Positions 32,237 through 42,918 are shown, counted from the first letter of the stretch. The stretch is 64,000 bases of DNA from Calditrichia bacterium (GCA_963796965.1 CAWCNS010000007.1:288001-352000); one strand, 5' to 3'. Notes: generated from the sequence alone by a model not told the origin. A program made the numbers and translations.

Positions 32237-33010
32237 CTAAGATTTGTGTTTATTCCACACAGGTTTTCTTTTATGGAGAAATGAAATTAATCCTTCATGA
32301 AAGTCTTTTGTTTGCCTGACCTTAGCGTTAAATTCGCTTGCCTCATCCAGTTTAACTTTAATTTGTTCTGTCCATTGCCTATTTAACAATTCCTTTGTTA
32401 ATTTAACAGCCTGAGGCGAATTAAATCGAATGTTATCAAAGTATTCCTGTGCTGACTCCTGCAGTAAATCAGCATGAACAACCTTTTGTATCAGGCCTAT
32501 CTCTTCTGCTTGATGAGCTGCAATAATCTCACCGCTTATTAACAAATATTTCGCATGTTTTAATCCGACACACTCTACAAGAAATACAGATACCAGCGCA
32601 GCCACAAAGCCAATTTTAACCTCTGGGTACCCGAATTTTGAATTTTCAGATGCAATAGCCCTATCAAATAATGACATTAATCCGCACCCACCTGCGACTG
32701 CTGGCCCATTTACCACGGCCAAAGTTGGTTTTGGAAATGTATAAATATTCCAAAATAGATCTTTCAAATTATTTGAATCCTCCAGGTTCTCTTGATGTGA
32801 TTTATCCTGCAATGCCTTGAGATAAGACAAATCTGCACCGGCACAAAACGCGTCACCAGAACCTGTAAGCATAAGACCCAAAATAGAATCATCTTCCCTG
32901 AAATCCACAACAATCTCATTGAGCTCCTGCACCATTTGATTATTTAAAGCATTTCGTTTATCCGGTCGATTTAAAGTGACGGTTAAGATTCCTTTGTCGA
33001 TTTCATGCAT
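32237..33010 (-). CDS. Enoyl-CoA hydratase, probably methylglutaconyl-CoA hydratase (LiuC-like)
   Basis: LNRPDKRNAL, FCAGADL, AVAGGCGL, PEVKIG; true start may be ATG 33035 with a 1-nt error. Confidence 0.85.
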   Translation of the reverse strand: MHEIDKGILTVTLNRPDKRNALNNQMVQELNEIVVDFREDDSILGLMLTGSGDAFCAGADLSYLKALQDKSHQENLEDSNNLKDLFWNIYTFPKPTLAVVNGPAVAGGCGLMSLFDRAIASENSKFGYPEVKIGFVAALVSVFLVECVGLKHAKYLLISGEIIAAHQAEEIGLIQKVVHADLLQESAQEYFDNIRFNSPQAVKLTKELLNRQWTEQIKVKLDEASEFNAKVRQTKDFHEGLISFLHKRKPVWNKHKS

Positions 33011-33031
33011 TAACCGTTTTGTGCACTTTCG

Positions 33032-34657
33032 TCATGCTTGCAGAACTCCCGGGTTGAATTTTTCTATATTTGGGTTATTGCATACGACTTCAAGGGCGTT
33101 GATTAATACGCTTCTTGTTTCTTCGGGAAGAATTATTTCATCAATCCACAACCTGGCAGCACCATAGCGTGGATCTGTTTGATGGTCGTAAGTTTGTTTA
33201 GTTTTTTCAAAGAGCTCTTCCTGTTCAGAATTGGATAATTTTTTTCCATTTCGCTCTAATTGTTTTATGCGGATATCAACGAGAGTATTAGCCGCTTGAG
33301 CGCCACCCATAACAGCGTATCTGGCGGTCGGCCAGGCGTAGATAAATCTTGGCTCGTAGGCTTTTCCGCACATGGCATAGTGACCAGCCCCGAATGTTCC
33401 TCCAATAATTAAGCTTATTTTCGGAACTGTAGAATTGGAGACAACATTTACCATCTTTGCACCTTCCCTGATAATGCCGCTTTGCTCTGCATCTCTCCCA
33501 ACCATAAATCCATTGACATCGTGGATAAAGAGTAGTGGAATAATATTTTGATTACAATCCATAATGAATCTGGTTGCCTTCGCAGCACTTTCGCTGTAGA
33601 TCACACTTCCAAACTCAGGTGGTCTGCCCTTTTCTATATGATGTTTTTTCTGATTTGCGACAATACCGACAGAATAACCACCAATTCGGACGTAACCACA
33701 AATTATAGATCGACCATAATCCTTTTTATATTCAATCAATTCACTATTGTCTACTATTCTCGCAATAATTTCTCTTGTATCATAATCTTTAGAACCATTT
33801 TCTGACACAATGCCCTCTAGATCTTTTAGAGGATAATTGGGCTCTGTTTCTACTGTTTTTTTATATATCAAACGGCCTGTCTCGCCCATATGTGAAACCA
33901 GGTCCCTGATTCTGCTAATGGCAGAGCGATCATCCTTCTCTTTAAAATCAACAGTGCCACTTATTTCAGAATGCATCGTCGCACCGCCAAGTTCTTCCGC
34001 TTCAACAACTTGTCCAATTGCTGCCTTAACAAGAGCCGGTCCCGCTAAAAAGAGACCACTACCCTCTGTCATAATCAAAGAATCACACATTACCGGGAGA
34101 TAAGCACCACCAGCAACACACATTCCCATGATGGCCGTAATTTGTGGGATTCCCTTAGCGGACATAACAGCATTGAGATAAAATACACGTCCAAAATCAT
34201 CCGTATCAGGGAAGACATCTTCCTGTAATGGGAGAAATATACCAGAGGAATCTACAAGGTAGATGGTTGGAATTTGATTCTCAAGCGCTATTTTTTGTGC
34301 TCTTATCACTTTCTTTGCTGTCATTGGGAAGAAAGAACCGGCTTTAACCGTGGCATCATTAGCAATAATCATACATTTTTTACCGCTGATAGATCCTATC
34401 CCCGTAACGACACCCGCCGCTGGACAGCCTCCCCACTCCTCATACATTTCATAGGCGGTAAAGATACCCAATTCGTAAAATGTACTTTCTTTATCGAGAA
34501 GGTGATTTAGCCTTTCTCTTGCCGATAGCCGTCCTTTTGAATGTTGTCTTTCTATGTTTGACAGTCCTCCACCGAGCTTTATTTGTTTTCGAAGATCATT
34601 ATAGGAGCGTATGGCCTTTTTCCAATATGTCATGATTTGCTCTGCTTTGGTCATCAT
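33032..34657 (-). CDS. Acyl-CoA carboxylase carboxyltransferase subunit (methylcrotonyl-CoA carboxylase beta-like)
   Basis: NDATVKAG, CVAGGAY, AGPALVKAAIG, LGGATMH, GFMVG. Confidence 0.92.
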   Translation of the reverse strand: MMTKAEQIMTYWKKAIRSYNDLRKQIKLGGGLSNIERQHSKGRLSARERLNHLLDKESTFYELGIFTAYEMYEEWGGCPAAGVVTGIGSISGKKCMIIANDATVKAGSFFPMTAKKVIRAQKIALENQIPTIYLVDSSGIFLPLQEDVFPDTDDFGRVFYLNAVMSAKGIPQITAIMGMCVAGGAYLPVMCDSLIMTEGSGLFLAGPALVKAAIGQVVEAEELGGATMHSEISGTVDFKEKDDRSAISRIRDLVSHMGETGRLIYKKTVETEPNYPLKDLEGIVSENGSKDYDTREIIARIVDNSELIEYKKDYGRSIICGYVRIGGYSVGIVANQKKHHIEKGRPPEFGSVIYSESAAKATRFIMDCNQNIIPLLFIHDVNGFMVGRDAEQSGIIREGAKMVNVVSNSTVPKISLIIGGTFGAGHYAMCGKAYEPRFIYAWPTARYAVMGGAQAANTLVDIRIKQLERNGKKLSNSEQEELFEKTKQTYDHQTDPRYGAARLWIDEIILPEETRSVLINALEVVCNNPNIEKFNPGVLQA

Positions 34658-34764
34658 CTGGATTATATTTGGTAATTATATTATTATTATCGTATTCAAT
34701 AAATGCCATGAATCGGTTCCTGGTAGTATATGACTGAACAATTAAAATTGGGAACTATGAGAGT

Positions 34765-35496
34765 TTATTTGACAAGATGTAGATTAGAATTAAAAACGCT
34801 GCCTGTTATTACGCGTTCGACCCCATTCATCTTAAAACTTTTTGCGAGCGGAATGGCCATATTTTCAATATAAATATTTTCAACTTTATTTATAAAGAAT
34901 GTCGCGGTCACCGACAAATGAAATAGTTTCATAAATAAATCACTAGATTTATACCAGGCAGCAATATCCATTGGTAATAAAATTCTTTTTGACCTCCAGA
35001 AAGCATCTTCTGATTCAAGCCAATGTCTATTTTTTATTTGATTAAAAGCATCAGCACCTAAAACATTAATATAGCGATCTGTCTGTTGTAGTAGTGAAGA
35101 GGATACCCTTTTATAACCACTTAAAGAGCAACCATTTACCTGATCAGCTTCTATAAAGATATGATCACCAGGTATTTTTTTTAGGTGTTTTTTTATTTCA
35201 GCAAGGCTAAAATTTTCAACGGTGTTGTTGCGGATTTTTTTACCTAGATATATAATTTTTGTTTTTTTTAATTCAATTGCAAGAGGTTGCGAAATATTCT
35301 GAAGACTTGATGATATGAACACCTTTGCATCCAAAGGTGTTATAAATGGCTGAAGTGATAGAATAATTACTTTTTTGTCTAAGCTTTTACAGTCTTTAGC
35401 AATTCTCTGAATTAAGGCGGTTTTCCCGCCCCCTCCGATAAAAGCGATATTCTTCTCTTTATCATCTATGAAATGACGATAGAATGAGTCTTGCAT
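34765..35496 (-). CDS. YqeC-like P-loop protein (degenerate)
   Basis: IAFIGGGGKT, IEAD, VLGADA, FINKVE. Confidence 0.6.
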   Translation of the reverse strand: MQDSFYRHFIDDKEKNIAFIGGGGKTALIQRIAKDCKSLDKKVIILSLQPFITPLDAKVFISSSLQNISQPLAIELKKTKIIYLGKKIRNNTVENFSLAEIKKHLKKIPGDHIFIEADQVNGCSLSGYKRVSSSLLQQTDRYINVLGADAFNQIKNRHWLESEDAFWRSKRILLPMDIAAWYKSSDLFMKLFHLSVTATFFINKVENIYIENMAIPLAKSFKMNGVERVITGSVFNSNLHLVK

Positions 35497-35497
35497 T

Positions 35498-35920
35498 TTA
35501 TATCTGTGGCATTAGTGGTATCCCAAAATATTTCAGCGAAGCGTCAAAAGAGAAAATAAGATTAATTTTCTTCTTGCGCACATCTTCAAAGATAAAACAG
35601 TGCCGAATCTCAATATCTGCTTGTTTTATTGAAAAGAACTGTCTCAAAGCAGCACGGTACGCCCTTCTGTTTACCCAGGAAACATTAAGATTTGATGTAA
35701 GGGATGATTGATCTATTATTTTTGAGAATTCTGTTGCAATGCTCAAACCACATTGAGTTTTTATTTTTGTGATAGCTCTTGTGATTTCATTGATATTCGT
35801 GTATAATTTGGTACCGGTATCTAATAGTTGTTGATAATACTCTTTTGCTGCGTCATGATGTTGATGTTCTGGATCGACTAGCGCATACCAGCCTGTGGCG
35901 TCAACAAATACTTTTATCAT
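35498..35920 (-). CDS. PIN-domain (VapC-like) protein
   Basis: VFVDATGWYAL...HH, FSFD; coupled to an AbrB-like gene by an ATGA overlap. Confidence 0.8.
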   Translation of the reverse strand: MIKVFVDATGWYALVDPEHQHHDAAKEYYQQLLDTGTKLYTNINEITRAITKIKTQCGLSIATEFSKIIDQSSLTSNLNVSWVNRRAYRAALRQFFSIKQADIEIRHCFIFEDVRKKKINLIFSFDASLKYFGIPLMPQI

Positions 35921-36129
35921 TCTGTATCCATATCTTTTACATCAGAGAGATTTAAAATCTGAGAAAGTGGATTTTTCTGTATCGTTACTTCAAATCTTTT
36001 ACTTCTAATTTTTTTTAACAGAATCTCTATCTTATCGCCTTCAGCAAGACGTAATCGATCTCTAATTTCCTGAGGGACCTGTAACCTGCCCTCTTCTTCC
36101 ACTTCTGCGATAAAAGTGCCTGTTTTCAT
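35917..36129 (-). CDS. AbrB/MazE/SpoVT-family DNA-binding protein
   Basis: GRLQVPQEIRDRLRLAEGDKIE. Confidence 0.82.
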   Translation of the reverse strand: MKTGTFIAEVEEEGRLQVPQEIRDRLRLAEGDKIEILLKKIRSKRFEVTIQKNPLSQILNLSDVKDMDTE

Positions 36130-36134
36130 TCTTT

Positions 36135-37022
36135 CTAGTCCTCTAAATACCAGGTGATAAATTCATTGGTATCAAACACACCATCCTCGCAGATAACCTT
36201 ACCAACATACTCAAACGGTATCATCTCGAAATAGTAGTTTGATACATTTAATATCTTGCTTTTTCTTGAATAGATTTCAGTTGGATCCTGTGGATAGAAT
36301 CGGACCGAGCGGTCAATTTCTTTAAGAATTTTATCAGTTTCTGCTGCAAGGAAGAAAGGGACCTGGTATTGTTTTGAAATAATGGCTAATGGAAGTGTAC
36401 CTGATTTATTTACAAATCCACTCTCAGAGATTCGATCAGCTCCTGAGATAATTACATTTACTTCCTGAATCGCATGTCCCATCATAGCATCGGTCATAAG
36501 GACGCAAGGAATGCCGTGTTTTGCTAACTCTTCCGCAAAAGCATGACCCTCATTTTGTGGTCTGCTTTCAAGGCAATAGACAGTGAACTTGCGATTCATT
36601 TTATGGGCTGTAATAAATATTTCCTTAACCAAAGAACTTGCGCTAATTGTAAGAATCTTGCTGTTGTTTAGAACAAGTTTTGCCCCGAAACTACCAATCT
36701 TTTTTCGATGTTGTTCAGAGGTTTTTATAACACTCTGTATTTTTATTTTACTTGCAGATTTTATTTCCTCTACCGACTTATCTGCTTTTAAAAGACGTTT
36801 TGTGTGGTATACAATCCCGGTAACCTTTTTTCTGATGGCTACCATATTGGGCTGTGCCTTAATAATGGTTTTAGCATACTTGCCAAATGCATCCACAAGA
36901 TTGTCAGGCGTTTGTTCGTTACTACTTTCCATATACTCAGAAAGCAATAATAACGATTCCTGGCTCAATTTAAATGATCCTGAAAAATTATCTTTCCCTA
37001 TTTTATCAACTGCTTTAGCCAT
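36135..37022 (-). CDS. eIF-2B alpha/beta/delta family (ribose-1,5-bisphosphate isomerase-like) protein
   Basis: ESRPQNEG, GAD, NKSGT, AETDK, NYYFE, VICEDG; start placed at ATG 37022. Confidence 0.82.
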   Translation of the reverse strand: MAKAVDKIGKDNFSGSFKLSQESLLLLSEYMESSNEQTPDNLVDAFGKYAKTIIKAQPNMVAIRKKVTGIVYHTKRLLKADKSVEEIKSASKIKIQSVIKTSEQHRKKIGSFGAKLVLNNSKILTISASSLVKEIFITAHKMNRKFTVYCLESRPQNEGHAFAEELAKHGIPCVLMTDAMMGHAIQEVNVIISGADRISESGFVNKSGTLPLAIISKQYQVPFFLAAETDKILKEIDRSVRFYPQDPTEIYSRKSKILNVSNYYFEMIPFEYVGKVICEDGVFDTNEFITWYLED

Positions 37023-37026
37023 CTTC

Positions 37027-37356
37027 TTATCCTTTTCGCTCCAAACATTCAATAATCCAATCAAAATATGCTGCAGATCCCGTATCAATTTGATTTGCTA
37101 TAATTTCCGGAACAGAATAACTATGAATCATTTTAATTTCTTTTTCTAGCTGTTCATACATCTTTTGAGTTGTCTTTATCAATAACAATACTTCGCTGCT
37201 CTCCTTGACCTCCCCTTTCCAGCAATAAACAGACGAGACTGAAGGAATAATATTGCAACAAGCGGCTAGTTGCTTTTCAACAACTGTTCGTGCAATAGTT
37301 TTAGCTTCCTCGACATTAGCGGTAGTACAATATACCATTAAAATTGAATCATTCAT
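37027..37356 (-). CDS. cutA: Divalent-cation tolerance protein CutA
   Basis: LAACCNI, SVYCWKG, IKT, HSYSVPEI. Confidence 0.94.
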   Translation of the reverse strand: MNDSILMVYCTTANVEEAKTIARTVVEKQLAACCNIIPSVSSVYCWKGEVKESSEVLLLIKTTQKMYEQLEKEIKMIHSYSVPEIIANQIDTGSAAYFDWIIECLERKG

Positions 37357-37516
37357 TGCAGAAATCCTTGTAGTAATTATTCTAGTCTAAGCATTTGTAG
37401 CATTCAAATCAAGGGATAAAACAAGCCGGCCGAAATGTTCGGGATGCCTGTAATTAAGCAGAAACACGACAACTAAATAAAAGTAAATAATATATTAAAA
37501 CAATATATTTAAAGTA

Positions 37517-38086
37517 TTAGATGAAATTTTTAATAAAATAGCGGTGAATTTCTAGATTCTCTGTAAGTTCGGGGTGAAAAGTGGCAGCAAGGATATTACC
37601 TTCCTCGACCATTACAGCATCATTATTGTGTTTGGCCAATACCTTTACCTTGCTCCCGATCTGACCAATCTTTGGGGCCCTGATAAATATCCCCGGAAAG
37701 GTATTTGTTTTGCCATTAAGGCAAATGGATACATTGTCTATAAATGAATCTCTCTGCCGCCCGTAGGCGTTTCTTTTGACGGTAATATCTATTAACCCAA
37801 GTGGATTGTACGGCAGGTCGTCCGCTTTTTTACTTAGAACAATCAAACCTGCACACGTGCCCATTATGGGGTGATCCTGGGCAAATTTGATAATATCATC
37901 AGCGAGGCCAAATTCAGCAAACAGGCGCACAAAAGTAGTTGATTCGCCGCCTGGTATGATTAGAGCATCAATATTAGACAGATCTTTTCCTTTTCGTATT
38001 TCGAATGCTTGATAACCGAGAGCCTCAACAGCAAGACAATGTTTAATAAAATCTCCCTGAATTGCCAGAACGCCTATATTGCTCAC
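37517..38086 (-). CDS. pdxT: PLP synthase glutaminase subunit
   Basis: PGGEST, GTCAG, RNAYGRQ, FHPEL. Confidence 0.96.
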   Translation of the reverse strand: MSNIGVLAIQGDFIKHCLAVEALGYQAFEIRKGKDLSNIDALIIPGGESTTFVRLFAEFGLADDIIKFAQDHPIMGTCAGLIVLSKKADDLPYNPLGLIDITVKRNAYGRQRDSFIDNVSICLNGKTNTFPGIFIRAPKIGQIGSKVKVLAKHNNDAVMVEEGNILAATFHPELTENLEIHRYFIKNFI

Positions 38087-38968
38087 CTACCACCCTCTTG
38101 TTTGCAATAGTTGGTCTTCGGGCAACTTAGATACATCTATTCCGGGCATGGCATCACCTAATCCCTCACTGGCTTTGGCGACCATATCTGGATCTTTATA
38201 ATGTGTGGTTGCCACCACCACCGCTTTTGCTCTGGCGGCCGGATCGTTTGATTTAAATATTCCCGATCCTACAAAAACAGATTCGGCGCCCAGCTGCATC
38301 ATCAGAGAGGCATCAGCCGGTGTTGCAATACCTCCGGCGGCGAAATTAGGAACTGGTAATTTTCCTTTTTCTTTGACATATTGAACAAGTGACAATGTGC
38401 TCCCAATCTTTTTAGCATAAGAAACTAATTCAGCATCATCCAGTATTTGGATTTCCTTGATAGCCCTTTGAACCATTCTCATATGACGCACGGCTTCTAC
38501 AATATCACCAGAACCGGCCTCACCCTTTGTCCTGATCATTGCAGCGCCTTCTGATATTCTTCTCAATGCCTCTCCTATTTCCCGGCATCCACACACAACG
38601 GGAATTTTAAAATCATGCTTCCATATATGATTTTCTTCATCTGCAGGCGTTAAGACTTCGCTCTCATCAATAAAATCTATCCCCAGACTTTCCAATACTT
38701 GTGCTTCGGCAAAGTGGCCTATCCTGCATTTGGCCATCACCGGAATTGATACTATTTTTTGTATCTCTTTTATCATTTTGGGATTGGACATACGGGCGAC
38801 TCCGCCATCAGAACGAATATCTGCAGGAATTCTTTCAAGCGCCATTACGGCAACGGCTCCTGCATCTTCGGCAATTTTTGCCTGATCAGGATTTGTAACA
38901 TCCATGATCACACCGCCTTTAAGCATTTCTGCCAGACCAACTTTTAACAGAAATTCTTTGTTCATCAT
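38087..38968 (-). CDS. pdxS: PLP synthase subunit
   Basis: [33 protein letters not shown]. Confidence 0.98.
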   Translation of the reverse strand: MMNKEFLLKVGLAEMLKGGVIMDVTNPDQAKIAEDAGAVAVMALERIPADIRSDGGVARMSNPKMIKEIQKIVSIPVMAKCRIGHFAEAQVLESLGIDFIDESEVLTPADEENHIWKHDFKIPVVCGCREIGEALRRISEGAAMIRTKGEAGSGDIVEAVRHMRMVQRAIKEIQILDDAELVSYAKKIGSTLSLVQYVKEKGKLPVPNFAAGGIATPADASLMMQLGAESVFVGSGIFKSNDPAARAKAVVVATTHYKDPDMVAKASEGLGDAMPGIDVSKLPEDQLLQTRGW

Positions 38969-39096
38969 CTCTATTCTCCTGTTTCTTTTAAACTTATTAA
39001 TTTAGCACCACGCCCCAATAAAGTCAATAAACATGGATCATATCGATTACTTTAACGTATTCTTTTTTTCAGAATCTTACATCAAATCTTTTGCTA

Positions 39097-39330
39097 TCTC
39101 ACGCAACGTTGCGGCGCCGCTACGATTATATAAATTTTTAATCTAACAAGAACATAATTATAATGAATTAGAATATTTTCTTTACTTTGTGTTTTAAATA
39201 CTGTTTTTTCTCTTTTAGAGTGATAGGTGGCTTGAATTTAATTTTTCCGGATGCCTAAGGGGTTATTTAGATACTTCCTTTTGGGGTATTTATCATTCGC
39301 AGATAAAAAGCATTGCGGCGCTGCGTGAGA
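39097..39330. repeat. Composite repeat with inward-facing family-A arms
   Basis: TCTCACGCAACG...; GCATTGCGGCGCTGCGTGAGA. Confidence 0.7.
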
Positions 39331-39348
39331 TGATTTCCTGTCCTTTTG

Positions 39349-40362
39349 CTATATGGATTCTTTAATTAACTTCTTGGAGATACTCTCAATTGTAGAGGGG
39401 ATAAGTTTAATAAAACCATGTAATAATAGACTGCTTATATGTCTATAAGCCAGGGGTCCTGCGAAAAAAAGATTGTGCATTGATTTTGATTCGCCACTAA
39501 TATTTATATTTGGAAACTTTGTTTTAAGATCAACATTAACATTTAAATCATGAATAGGATTTAGATCGGCGTTATATCCGGTTGCACAGATTATTGCCTG
39601 GGCCTCAAGCGTTCCCTCTTCAAAATGAATTGTATTTCCTTCAACCTTTAATATTTTTTCGCCGGAAACATGACGAATGATTTGCATATTTATTAATTCC
39701 ATTAAATAACTTTCTGAAATACCGCGGATATGACATAAATTCTTTGTTTGACTAAAGAATTTTAGTTTGCCCCTAGACAGAAGATAAACCTGAGAATATC
39801 CTGCAAGGCTAATCGCCGTTTCAGCAGCGCTATTTCCACTCCCAATAATAACAACTCTTTTATTGCGAAAGGCATCAACTGATTTGAATTGATGTGAGTG
39901 CATAACAATTGGATTTCCCCTTAATCCAGGTATATTTGGAATAAAGGGATTCCCAAAAAAACCGGTAACATTTAAAATTATTCTGGCACGATATTTATTT
40001 TCACCTGTAGAAATTTCAAAAAGACCATCTTTCTGCCTGATAGAGGTTACGGAAGAGTTGGTTTCTATATTTAAATTGAAATGGTCAGTATATTTAATAA
40101 GATAATCGACAAATTCTGAGGCATAACAATAAGGTCGTGTTATATCCAGTTTCCAGATTGGGAAATGGGTAGAAATACTTGTCCAGTCCCTCTGGGGCAG
40201 GCAGGGTGAAAGCATAAGCATGTCTTCACGTATATCCTGCCAAGACTGCGCTATTCCCCCTCTTTCAAGTATAACATAATCAAGCCCTCTCGCCTGGGCC
40301 TCCTCACCTGCCCTTAACCCGGCTGGCCCCCCGCCTATAATTACCAGATCTTTATCACGCAT
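39349..40362 (-). CDS. FAD/NAD(P)-dependent oxidoreductase (YpdA/TrkA-like)
   Basis: IIGGGPAG, IIGSGNSA, ATGY. Confidence 0.82.
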   Translation of the reverse strand: MRDKDLVIIGGGPAGLRAGEEAQARGLDYVILERGGIAQSWQDIREDMLMLSPCLPQRDWTSISTHFPIWKLDITRPYCYASEFVDYLIKYTDHFNLNIETNSSVTSIRQKDGLFEISTGENKYRARIILNVTGFFGNPFIPNIPGLRGNPIVMHSHQFKSVDAFRNKRVVIIGSGNSAAETAISLAGYSQVYLLSRGKLKFFSQTKNLCHIRGISESYLMELINMQIIRHVSGEKILKVEGNTIHFEEGTLEAQAIICATGYNADLNPIHDLNVNVDLKTKFPNINISGESKSMHNLFFAGPLAYRHISSLLLHGFIKLIPSTIESISKKLIKESI

Positions 40363-40370
40363 TAATTTTC

Positions 40371-41300
40371 CTAAATAAATAGATAGTTTTTTTCCAGATG
40401 ATTCATGATCAATTTAGCAATATCTCTTCCAACCCTCTCCTGAGACTCAACGGTAGAGGCGCCTATATGTGGCGTAGGGAATACTCGTGGATGTTGTATC
40501 AATGAAAAATCGCCAGGTGGCTCATCTTGAAAGACATCAATCCCAGCGCCGGCAATAGTTTCGCTATCAAGTGCTGATAGGAGCTCCTGTTCATTAACAA
40601 TGCCTCCTCGTGCACAATTAACCAGATAGGCATTTGACTTCATCAGAATTAGTTCTTTCATACCTATGAGGTTGGTACTTTGCTCATTTTTTGGTAAATG
40701 CAGCGACACATAATCAGATTTTTGAAAGATTGATTTAAAATCTACAAGTTCAAACTCAAAACCAGGAGATCGTAATACGGGTTTTGTTTTATAAACTAAT
40801 ATCTGCATACCTAAACCAGATGCCATCTTACCGACACGCTGGCCGATCTGACCAAATCCAATCAAACCTAATGTTTTACCTGCGATCTCATGGCCCATCA
40901 GATTTGATTTATCCCATTTTCCGATCTTTAAAGAATGTGACGCATGATATAAATTGCGGCTGAGGGATAGCAGGAGTCCTATGGTTAGTTCTGCAACGGC
41001 CTGAGAGTTGCATCCTGGCGTGTTAAATACCTCAATACCCTTCTGTTTTGCATAATCTACATCTATATTGTCTAACCCCGATCCTGCTCGTCCAATAACT
41101 TTTAAGTTTTTTGCAGCATCGATCACTTCCTTATCAATATTTGTTGCACTTCTAACAATTATTGAATGGTAGGTCGGTATCTTTCTTAAAATTTCCGAGT
41201 GGCTGAGTCCATATTCCAGGTTGAGTTCATAGTTTGGACTTAACTGAAATACTTCTAATGCGCTATCAGGCAATTTATCTGAAATAAATATCTTATACAT
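40371..41300 (-). CDS. serA: D-3-phosphoglycerate dehydrogenase-like (no ACT domain)
   Basis: RAGSGLDN, GFGQIG, NCARGG, DVFQDEP, PHIGAST. Confidence 0.8.
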   Translation of the reverse strand: MYKIFISDKLPDSALEVFQLSPNYELNLEYGLSHSEILRKIPTYHSIIVRSATNIDKEVIDAAKNLKVIGRAGSGLDNIDVDYAKQKGIEVFNTPGCNSQAVAELTIGLLLSLSRNLYHASHSLKIGKWDKSNLMGHEIAGKTLGLIGFGQIGQRVGKMASGLGMQILVYKTKPVLRSPGFEFELVDFKSIFQKSDYVSLHLPKNEQSTNLIGMKELILMKSNAYLVNCARGGIVNEQELLSALDSETIAGAGIDVFQDEPPGDFSLIQHPRVFPTPHIGASTVESQERVGRDIAKLIMNHLEKNYLFI

Positions 41301-41380
41301 TATTTTAGGGATTTAATAGGTTTGACTTGCTCAAACTACCGAAAAGTATTCCACCGTGACACACCCATTCAATTCCAATA

Positions 41381-41959
41381 TTACCAACTAGAGATGTTCT
41401 CAATGAGGGCAAATATTTCTTCCCGTCCTGTTTTTTTTAAGGCCGAGAATGTGCAAATGCTTATATCTGAGAACTGATTCTTAATTTTTAATTTTATTGA
41501 TCGGACCTGATTTTTAGAAATCTTATCGCTTTTTGTAAGTATAATGGCAAATGGTATATTATAATAATTTAACCACTCAATCATTATCTGGTCGATGGGT
41601 AATATACCATGCCTAATATCAATTAACAGAAGTATGAGTTTAAGATAGTCATTATTTTTTAGATACGATTCAATGCTCTTCTGCCATTTATCCCGCTCTG
41701 TTTTGGACAATTTTGCATAGCCGTAACCTGGCAAGTCAACAAAATAGATATGCTCATCTATCTGAAAATAATTGAGTAAACGCGTCTTCCCGGGGGTAGA
41801 ACTTATTTTGGCGAGATTCTTTCTATTAAACAAAACATTGATTAGAGAAGACTTTCCAACATTTGATCGTCCAACAACAGCCACCTCAGGAAGGTCCGGA
41901 GATGGTTTTTGGTCAATGTGTGTAGCGCTTTTAATAAATTGAACTTTGTGAATATTCAT
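41381..41959 (-). CDS. engB: GTP-binding protein YihA/YsxC
   Basis: GRSNVGKSS, PGKT, DLPGYG, TKSDK. Confidence 0.95.
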   Translation of the reverse strand: MNIHKVQFIKSATHIDQKPSPDLPEVAVVGRSNVGKSSLINVLFNRKNLAKISSTPGKTRLLNYFQIDEHIYFVDLPGYGYAKLSKTERDKWQKSIESYLKNNDYLKLILLLIDIRHGILPIDQIMIEWLNYYNIPFAIILTKSDKISKNQVRSIKLKIKNQFSDISICTFSALKKTGREEIFALIENISSW

Positions 41960-41977
41960 AAAGACTATTCGTATTAT

Positions 41978-42304
41978 TTACATGTGTTTGTCGATTTTAG
42001 ATTCAATCATAGATTTCGGTACGGCTCCAACAATTTGGTCAACAACTTCTCCGCCCTTGAATACGAGCATAGTCGGAATAGATCTTATCCCATATTTCAT
42101 GGCTGTGTCAGGATTATTATCCACGTCCATTTTAGCAACTTTCAGACTTCCCTCTTTCTCAGAAGCCAATTCTTCAACAATTGGTGCAACCATTCTACAA
42201 GGTGCGCACCAAACCGCCCAGAAATCAACTAATACGGGAAGATCCGATTTTATAACTTCATCTTCAAAAGTTGCATCCGTTACTTCTACGTACTTACCCA
42301 TCAT
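41978..42304 (-). CDS. trxA: Thioredoxin
   Basis: WCAPC, IRSIPT; GGAGG RBS. Confidence 0.94.
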   Translation of the reverse strand: MMGKYVEVTDATFEDEVIKSDLPVLVDFWAVWCAPCRMVAPIVEELASEKEGSLKVAKMDVDNNPDTAMKYGIRSIPTMLVFKGGEVVDQIVGAVPKSMIESKIDKHM

Positions 42305-42315
42305 AACCTCCACTA

Positions 42316-42918
42316 TCATTTATCCAAATATTTTTGATTTTTCTCTTTTAAATATAAGGCCTTTTTATAATCACTTAAAGTATTAATATTAAAAAATGTA
42401 TGCGAATTGCAAGCATTTTCACTATAATCAACATATTTAGTATCTAAACTATTAATAAATTTATAAAGAGCATAATCTTTTCGCTCAATAAAACCGGATA
42501 ACTTTGAAAGTATTTCAGGATTATAGATTCCTAGTAAAGGTTCAAGGCCCTTCGAAGATACTGCAATTATGGCATCATAGGAAGCATCAAAATCTTTTAT
42601 CAATAATTCAATATGAGCAGAATTTAAGAATGGCATATCGCAAGGCACAACTAATACAGGTTGAGAAGTGAGGTGTAAGGCGGTATATAACCCTCCAAGC
42701 GGCCCTAATCCCGTAATCCGATCTGGCACAAATAATCCAGGTTCTATTTTAACTTGCGCACGTGGTTTTCCAATAATTCTAATCTGAGTGGTTAAAGAAG
42801 TAAGTTGAGAATAAATATAATCTAGTATATAAATATCATTAAATCTTAGTAACGCCTTATCTTCACCAAGGCGAAAACTGCGACCTCCGGCCAGGATGGC
42901 TGCAAAAATATTGTTCAC
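42316..42918 (-). CDS. mobA: Molybdenum cofactor guanylyltransferase
   Basis: LAGGRS.RLG.DKA, GPLGG, PCDMP, NINT. Confidence 0.9.
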   Translation of the reverse strand: MNNIFAAILAGGRSFRLGEDKALLRFNDIYILDYIYSQLTSLTTQIRIIGKPRAQVKIEPGLFVPDRITGLGPLGGLYTALHLTSQPVLVVPCDMPFLNSAHIELLIKDFDASYDAIIAVSSKGLEPLLGIYNPEILSKLSGFIERKDYALYKFINSLDTKYVDYSENACNSHTFFNINTLSDYKKALYLKEKNQKYLDK

